From: Myxococcota bacterium
GTDB lineage: Bacteria > Myxococcota > JACRCW01
Direction of reading: 5' to 3'
NCBI GenBank assembly: GCA_040752415.1
Contig: JBFMGU010000109.1
Span: 1 to 33,981, forward strand
Length of the DNA stretch: 33,981 bases
Shown here: piece by piece, positions 28,559 through 33,981 of the stretch
Layout of the letters: each line of letters begins with the position of its first letter
Position numbering within the stretch: position 1 is the first letter of the stretch
Translations under genes and position numbers: made by a program
Notes under the pieces: generated by a model
The model's database searches: none
What the model saw: the letters and a program-made list of their open reading frames with translations, nothing else
What the model was told of the DNA's origin: nothing

Positions 28559-31500
28559 CGCTCGCCGAACGCGCGGGCCGCGGCGGCGTCATTGACGGTG
28601 ACGCCCAGGTCCCGTCGGAGCGCGAACAGCTCCGGGCTGACGCTGAACATGACCAGCTCACGGATGGCGGCGCGCACGCCGGCGGCGCCCAGGCTGCCCG
28701 CCTGACCCCGGATCATGGACATGGCCACGGCGAGATCCTGCGCGAACAGGAAGCCCACGCGGTCCGCGGAGAAGGCAATGGCGGCCAGCAGGTCCGTCAC
28801 CGAGGTGCTCCCGCGCGACTTGAAGTACGCCCGCGTCAGCTCGGCCACGCGCGTGGTCTCGGAGGCGGGGATGAGTCGTTCCACCTCGGTGGCCAGTCGC
28901 TGCAGCTCGTTGCGGTCGCCCTCCACCTCCACCCGCGGCATGGCGCGCATCAGCACCGCCTCGAGCAGGCTCTTGAGCTCCGTCGGCGTCAACGAGCCGC
29001 ACAGCAGGGCCTCCGGCCGCAGGTAGTACGCCGCGCGACCAAACGCGAAGGCACGCTCCGGCGTCATGCCGCCCTTCAGCACGTCGGGGCCGAGCAGCAG
29101 TCCTGGCGTGTCCGGGGTGATGACGCTGATACCGGCCGGTCCCGCCGAGGGCAGCGGCGTCTCCCCGCGATAGACCACCAGCGTGGGCAGGGCGAGCAGC
29201 CGCGCGGCGTGCTTGGCGGCGAGCGCGAAGGAGCTGGGCGCGGAATCCAGGTCCAGGATGTCCTTGCGCTTGAGCCCGAATTCCTTGAGCGGCTTGGTGT
29301 AGATGGGCAGCACGTGCGGTGCCAACGCGCGCACCAGGTCCTGCACGGCGCCGTGCGCCTTGGGGTGCAACAGGTTGCGGATAACCGTTTCCACGTCGGG
29401 CGCGGGCCGCGGCCAGGTGGGGAAGGGCGGGCGGAGCGCGCGCACAATGGAGCGCACGTCGTCATCCGCTTCCTCCAGCGCGGTCAGCGTGGCGCACACG
29501 CAGTACGCGGCGTCATGCGCGTTCATGCGACGGAACGTGGTCAACATTCCGCGGTACGCATCCACGCTCAGCGGGTCCCGCGCCAGCAGCGCGCGCCAGG
29601 CCGCCAGCGACTGCTCGTGCTCACCCTGGTCCAGGTGCAAACGCGCCAGGTCCTCGTGCGCCTTCAGCTGCTGGTCATCCAGCTTGACAATCTCCTGCAG
29701 CGCCTGCACCGCGCCGGGGAGGTCCTTCAGCTCGTAGCGACGGAGCAGCGCGGTCTTCTCCCACAGCGAGACCCGCTCATCGACCGCGTCCTCGGGGAGA
29801 TTGCGGATGATCGAGGTGTACACGCCCACCAGGCCGCGCGCGTCCTTGCGGTCCAGGAAGAGCTGCTCGGAGAGCTCCAGCGCGTCGCGGTTGGCGGAGT
29901 TGTTCTCCAGCGCCAGGCGCAGGTGGATGGCCGCCTTGTCGTCGTCAGCCATGGACTCGCGGTAGAGGCGCGCGAGCGAGACGTGCATGCTGGAGAGGCG
30001 CTTGGGATCCTTCTCCTTGCCAATCAGCTCCGTCATGGCCGCAATGGCGGCGGGGCCGTTGCCGCGGGTGAGCTCCACCTCCATCAACGCGCGCGCCGCG
30101 TCCTGTCGCTCGGGGTCCAGCTTGCGCGCTTCCGCGAAGGCACGCGCCGCCAGCTCCTGGTCACCGCGGTGACGGGCGAGCTGACCCACCTTCACCCAGT
30201 GTCCCGCCGCCGCCGCGCCCTGGAGCCGCTTGGCCAGCCGCGTGTACAGCTCCAGCGCCTCCTCGGTATTGCCCGCTTCCTCGGTGAGGCGCGCCAACGC
30301 CAGCAGCACGTCGGGGTCGGGCCGGTCGACGGGCATCAGCGTCAACGCACGACGGAGCGAGCGCTGCGCACCCGCGGGATCCTTCAGTGTCAGACGGAGC
30401 TTGCCCGCCTGCGCGTGCAGGAACGCCAGCTCCTCCTTCTCCAGCCGCTCACCGTGGTGCAGCACGCGCTGCTCCAGCACACTGAGGGTTTCCTGCGGAT
30501 CCTCGTCCTTGCCGGCGAGCAACAGGTCACCCAACGCGCGGAGCGCTTCCAGCAACGTGGGATCCTTGCGCAGCGCGGCGCGGAGGCGCTCCTTGGCCAG
30601 CACCGTCTCCCCGCTGGACCACTGCGCCTTGGCCAACGCCACCAGCAGCACCGGTGCCACGCCGTCGACGCCACGCGCGGCCACCAGGCGCTCCAGCAAC
30701 GGACGGGCTCGTCGACCGTCACCGCGCGTGACCTGGATCCAGCACAGCTCCTCCACGGCTTCCATGCGCGTGGGGTCGGCGGTGAGGGCCTGCTCGTAGA
30801 GGCGCACCGCGGCTTCGGTCTCGCCGGATTCGCGCGCCTTGCGCGCCAGGGAGAGGAACGACTCCGCGCGCTTGGCCGGGTCGGTCTCCATGGCGGCCAG
30901 CTCCGCCGCCACCGCGCGCGCCTCCACGCTCTTGCCGGTGCGTTGCGCCAGGTTGAGCAGCGCCTCCAGCGCGGGACGATGGCTCGGGTCGGCCACCAGC
31001 GCTTCCCGGTAGGCGCGGGAGGCGTCGTCGGGGCGCATCAGGTGCTCTTCATAGACGTGACCGAGCTTGGTGTACGCCCCTGCGCGCGCGGAGCCCTTCT
31101 GCAGCCGGGCGGCCTTGGAGAGGTGCTCGGCGGCGTCTTCCCCGTCGGAGAGCTCCAGTGCCAGCTCCGCCATCTGCATCAGCGCGGCCGCGTTCTCCGG
31201 CTCCGCCTTGAGGACCTCCAGCAAGGCTTCCCGCGCCCGACCCGGCTTGTGCAGCTTCTCCCGGTACAACGACGCCGCGCTCAACCGCGCCGCCACGCAC
31301 GCGGCCGGGTGGGAACGACGCTGCGCCAGGTCCTCGAAGATCTCCGCCAGCTCCGCGTAGGACTCCTGCTCCAGCAGGTGCGCTTCCACCACGCCCAGGG
31401 CGGCGTCGTTGTTGGGGTCCACCTTGAGGACGTCGCGGAGCAGGCGGACGCGGCGCTCCTCGTCGCCCAGGCTGGCGAACACGGCGGCAAGACGCGGAAG

Positions 31501-33981
31501 CAGCTTGGCCTCGTTGCTGACGTCGCGCGTGTTGCGGGCAATGGTGAGACGGATCTCCAGGATGCGCACCAGCTCGCGCGCGGCCTCCTGGTTGCGGGGC
31601 GCCTCCTTCTCGAGGAGCTCGGTGAGGACGCGCAGCGCCTCCGCGTCGCCAGGACGACGGGTCAGCACCTCACGCCACGCCGCCAACGCCTCCTGCTTGT
31701 TGTCCAGCTCCTCCTGCAGCCGGCCCAGCCGACGCAGGTGCGGCAGACCCAGCTCACCCTTCTGCAGACGCGAGCCCAGCTGCAGCGCCTGGCACAGCTC
31801 CTTGTTGACCGACTCACCGCGGGTGCGCGCCTGTTCCAACGTACCAATCAGCTTCTCCAGCGACGCACCGTCGGCGGGATCATCCTCCAGCACGTCACGG
31901 AGCGCGCCGGCGAAGTCCCGGGCGTCCTCGAACTTCAGCAGGTCCGCGCGCTCACGGGCCAGGATGAGACGGAGGCGCTGGTCGGTGGCACGGCTGCGCG
32001 CCAGTCGACGGAGCTCCGCTTGTCCGCGGCGGTTGTTGGCCAGCGCCAGCGCACGGTCTGTGTCCTCGAACAGACCGCCCGCATTTCCGCTGGCGCCGCT
32101 CTCCTCGTACAGGCGCAGCAGGCGCTTGCCGGCCATGTCGGGATTGTCGCGGACCTGCGCCTGCGCGGCGGCGCGCTGCAGCTTCTCGTGGTCGTCGGCA
32201 AGGAGGCGGTCGTCGAGCGCGTCGGCGAGGCGGGCCAGCGCGCTGGGGTTGGCGGTGCCCACGCGGATGGCGCCGTCGACGGCTTGGCGCAGCAACAGGT
32301 CCTTGGGATCCCCGCGCTCCGCCAGGCGACGCGCGGCGCGCGCAAAACAGTCCAGCGCCTCGCCGGGAGCGTTCAGGTTCTGCTCGTAGAGGCTGGCGAG
32401 CATCAGCAGGTCCGCCAGGCGCGGCGGGTTGCCCATGCGCTGCAGCAGGCTCTGCACGGCCATCTGCGGCTGGCCCTTCTGCAGGTACTCCTCGGGCGTG
32501 CCCGCCGGCTCCACGCGCTGCTCCGCCGGGAGCACGCCTCCGTCGGACATGGGGATGGCCTGGAAGGCGTCGCTGGTGACCTCCTCCGGCGCCGGGAACG
32601 CGTTCTCCGACGTGGGCGGGGGCAACGTCGACGGCGTGGACCGCGTGGGCAGCGGCGGCGGCTCGGAGCGTGGCGACGGAGGCGGTGGTGGTGGTGTCGG
32701 GGCCTCCTCGCGCATGGCGGGCATGGGCGGCGGGGTGGCGACGCGCGGCGCGGGCGGCGGGCTGCTCAGCTCCACGGTGGCGCCGTCGTCAGGCGCAGCG
32801 GGAGGTGGTGCAACCACGGTGGGCTCCACGTGTGCCACGGTGACGACGGGCGGAGGCGCCACCGGCGTCAGCTCGGGGGCCACCATGTCTTCCGGGGGCG
32901 GGCCCACCGGCGTGGGATCCGGCATGGCCACCACGGCGACGGGCGGCGGCCCCACCGGCGTGGGCTCCGGTTCCGACGGAGAGGCTTCCACCGTCGTGGT
33001 CTCGGCGAGAGGAGGGGGCCCGAGCGCCGCGGGCGGATCGACGAGGGTGGGAGGCGTGACGACAACGGCGGGTGCTTCGACGACAACGGGAGGCGGCGCC
33101 AGCACCGTGGGAGGAACCTCGACGACGGGCGGCGCCTCGACTGGCGCGGAAGCGGGCTCCGGCGGCAGGACTGGCGCCACGTCGATGTGCGTGGGCTCCG
33201 CACGGGGCTCGGGGGCAGGCGGTCCCAGGTCCACCGGCGCGGGCGCGGGCGGCGGGGTCGGGGGCAGGGGCTCCACGCCGGGCGGGACCACGTCAAGCTG
33301 CGAGAGATCCTCCGCGCCACTGCCCGGCATCCGACGGAGCGAGAGTGACGACTGCTCCTCGGGCGGCACCTGGTACGCCGAGACCGCCACGGGAACGGGC
33401 GGGAGCAGCTGCTCGGCGGAGATGTCGCGGGCGCGCACGGGCAGGGGCGCGGCGGCGGGGGCGGAGGTCTCAAGGAACGGACTGGTGGCCTCGTCCGACG
33501 ACACGCCAGCGGGCAGCCTGGCCTTGGTGGTGCCCTTCTTCTTCCGTCGGCCGGTGACCTCATTGCGGCCGGAGGTCTCCTTGCGTGACGACGTCTTCCG
33601 CCGACCGCTGACCTCCTTCCGTCCGCTCTGCTCGGGCTCCAGGGCCGCGGTGGTCTCGTCGCTGGCCACGCTGTGACCGCGCACGGGGGCCGGGATCACC
33701 GGCGCAGGAACCGCCAGGTCACCCGCGCCGCCGACGGGAAGGACCGCGTGCCGCGCAGATGCCTCCTCGGGCGCAAGGTCCATGGCCAGCAGCCGCGGCG
33801 CCGCACGCAACGCGCCCGACGACGTTTCCGGGGCAGGCTCCGGCTCGGGCGGTGGGGGCGGTGTGGGCTCGTCGGCGGCCAGCACCGGGGCCACCACGTC
33901 CACCACCGGAGCCGCGCTCCGAGGAGCCGTGCCGGCGTCGTCGGGTGGGTTCGCCTCGCGGAACGGATCGGGCACGCGGTG
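28555..33981 (-). CDS. Giant TPR-repeat protein with a Pro-rich region (myxobacterial AgmK-like architecture); 5' end probably outside the window
   Basis: More than 1800 codons open to the window edge; many TPR-like units (VLKVDPNNDAAL, ALVADPSHRPAL, ARKLDPERQDA); C-terminal SADRVGFLFAQDL...ELVMFSVSPELFALRRDLG. Confidence 0.85.
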   Translation of the reverse strand, partial: HRVPDPFREANPPDDAGTAPRSAAPVVDVVAPVLAADEPTPPPPPEPEPAPETSSGALRAAPRLLAMDLAPEEASARHAVLPVGGAGDLAVPAPVIPAPVRGHSVASDETTAALEPEQSGRKEVSGRRKTSSRKETSGRNEVTGRRKKKGTTKARLPAGVSSDEATSPFLETSAPAAAPLPVRARDISAEQLLPPVPVAVSAYQVPPEEQSSLSLRRMPGSGAEDLSQLDVVPPGVEPLPPTPPPAPAPVDLGPPAPEPRAEPTHIDVAPVLPPEPASAPVEAPPVVEVPPTVLAPPPVVVEAPAVVVTPPTLVDPPAALGPPPLAETTTVEASPSEPEPTPVGPPPVAVVAMPDPTPVGPPPEDMVAPELTPVAPPPVVTVAHVEPTVVAPPPAAPDDGATVELSSPPPAPRVATPPPMPAMREEAPTPPPPPPSPRSEPPPLPTRSTPSTLPPPTSENAFPAPEEVTSDAFQAIPMSDGGVLPAEQRVEPAGTPEEYLQKGQPQMAVQSLLQRMGNPPRLADLLMLASLYEQNLNAPGEALDCFARAARRLAERGDPKDLLLRQAVDGAIRVGTANPSALARLADALDDRLLADDHEKLQRAAAQAQVRDNPDMAGKRLLRLYEESGASGNAGGLFEDTDRALALANNRRGQAELRRLARSRATDQRLRLILARERADLLKFEDARDFAGALRDVLEDDPADGASLEKLIGTLEQARTRGESVNKELCQALQLGSRLQKGELGLPHLRRLGRLQEELDNKQEALAAWREVLTRRPGDAEALRVLTELLEKEAPRNQEAARELVRILEIRLTIARNTRDVSNEAKLLPRLAAVFASLGDEERRVRLLRDVLKVDPNNDAALGVVEAHLLEQESYAELAEIFEDLAQRRSHPAACVAARLSAASLYREKLHKPGRAREALLEVLKAEPENAAALMQMAELALELSDGEDAAEHLSKAARLQKGSARAGAYTKLGHVYEEHLMRPDDASRAYREALVADPSHRPALEALLNLAQRTGKSVEARAVAAELAAMETDPAKRAESFLSLARKARESGETEAAVRLYEQALTADPTRMEAVEELCWIQVTRGDGRRARPLLERLVAARGVDGVAPVLLVALAKAQWSSGETVLAKERLRAALRKDPTLLEALRALGDLLLAGKDEDPQETLSVLEQRVLHHGERLEKEELAFLHAQAGKLRLTLKDPAGAQRSLRRALTLMPVDRPDPDVLLALARLTEEAGNTEEALELYTRLAKRLQGAAAAGHWVKVGQLARHRGDQELAARAFAEARKLDPERQDAARALMEVELTRGNGPAAIAAMTELIGKEKDPKRLSSMHVSLARLYRESMADDDKAAIHLRLALENNSANRDALELSEQLFLDRKDARGLVGVYTSIIRNLPEDAVDERVSLWEKTALLRRYELKDLPGAVQALQEIVKLDDQQLKAHEDLARLHLDQGEHEQSLAAWRALLARDPLSVDAYRGMLTTFRRMNAHDAAYCVCATLTALEEADDDVRSIVRALRPPFPTWPRPAPDVETVIRNLLHPKAHGAVQDLVRALAPHVLPIYTKPLKEFGLKRKDILDLDSAPSSFALAAKHAARLLALPTLVVYRGETPLPSAGPAGISVITPDTPGLLLGPDVLKGGMTPERAFAFGRAAYYLRPEALLCGSLTPTELKSLLEAVLMRAMPRVEVEGDRNELQRLATEVERLIPASETTRVAELTRAYFKSRGSTSVTDLLAAIAFSADRVGFLFAQDLAVAMSMIRGQAGSLGAAGVRAAIRELVMFSVSPELFALRRDLGVTVNDAAAARAFGER

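Noticed and set aside
28552..33348. 1598-aa plus-strand ORF
   Set aside because: Antisense shadow of the TPR gene.

Overview
High-GC chromosomal window whose gene content looks myxobacterial/deltaproteobacterial (inference from a giant TPR protein and Cys-rich FG-GAP and IgGFc-binding lipoproteins). Left to right: a stand-alone IS200/IS605-family Y1 transposase followed by two tandem ~75-bp double-hairpin repeats; gyrB and recF arranged head-to-head around an AT-rich IHF-like site; a Mut7-C RNase-domain gene; a module made of tandem palindromic operators, an unannotated 49-aa Trp-rich ORF, a SutR-like XRE-cupin regulator and a convergent 122-aa protein that is about 49% methionine; an S9 dipeptidyl peptidase, a PaaI thioesterase and a Cys-rich lipoprotein; an agmatinase fused to a ClpX-type zinc finger; a DUF4407-like membrane protein; a degenerate GH57; an FG-GAP lipoprotein; a GT-C mannosyltransferase; a cytochrome c; a CrtU-like oxidoreductase; a penicillin-acylase-family hydrolase; a ~300-bp MITE/REPIN-like inverted repeat; a GH13 amylase; an IgGFc-binding lipoprotein; an archaemetzincin; and a giant TPR protein cut by the window end. 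The best candidate for an undescribed system is the XRE-cupin / Trp-rich ORF / Met-rich protein module (about 5040-6960), linked by a shared TCCG-N6-CGGA palindrome. No rRNA, tRNA or CRISPR array was recognised. All family calls come from reading motifs by eye; no database search was run.
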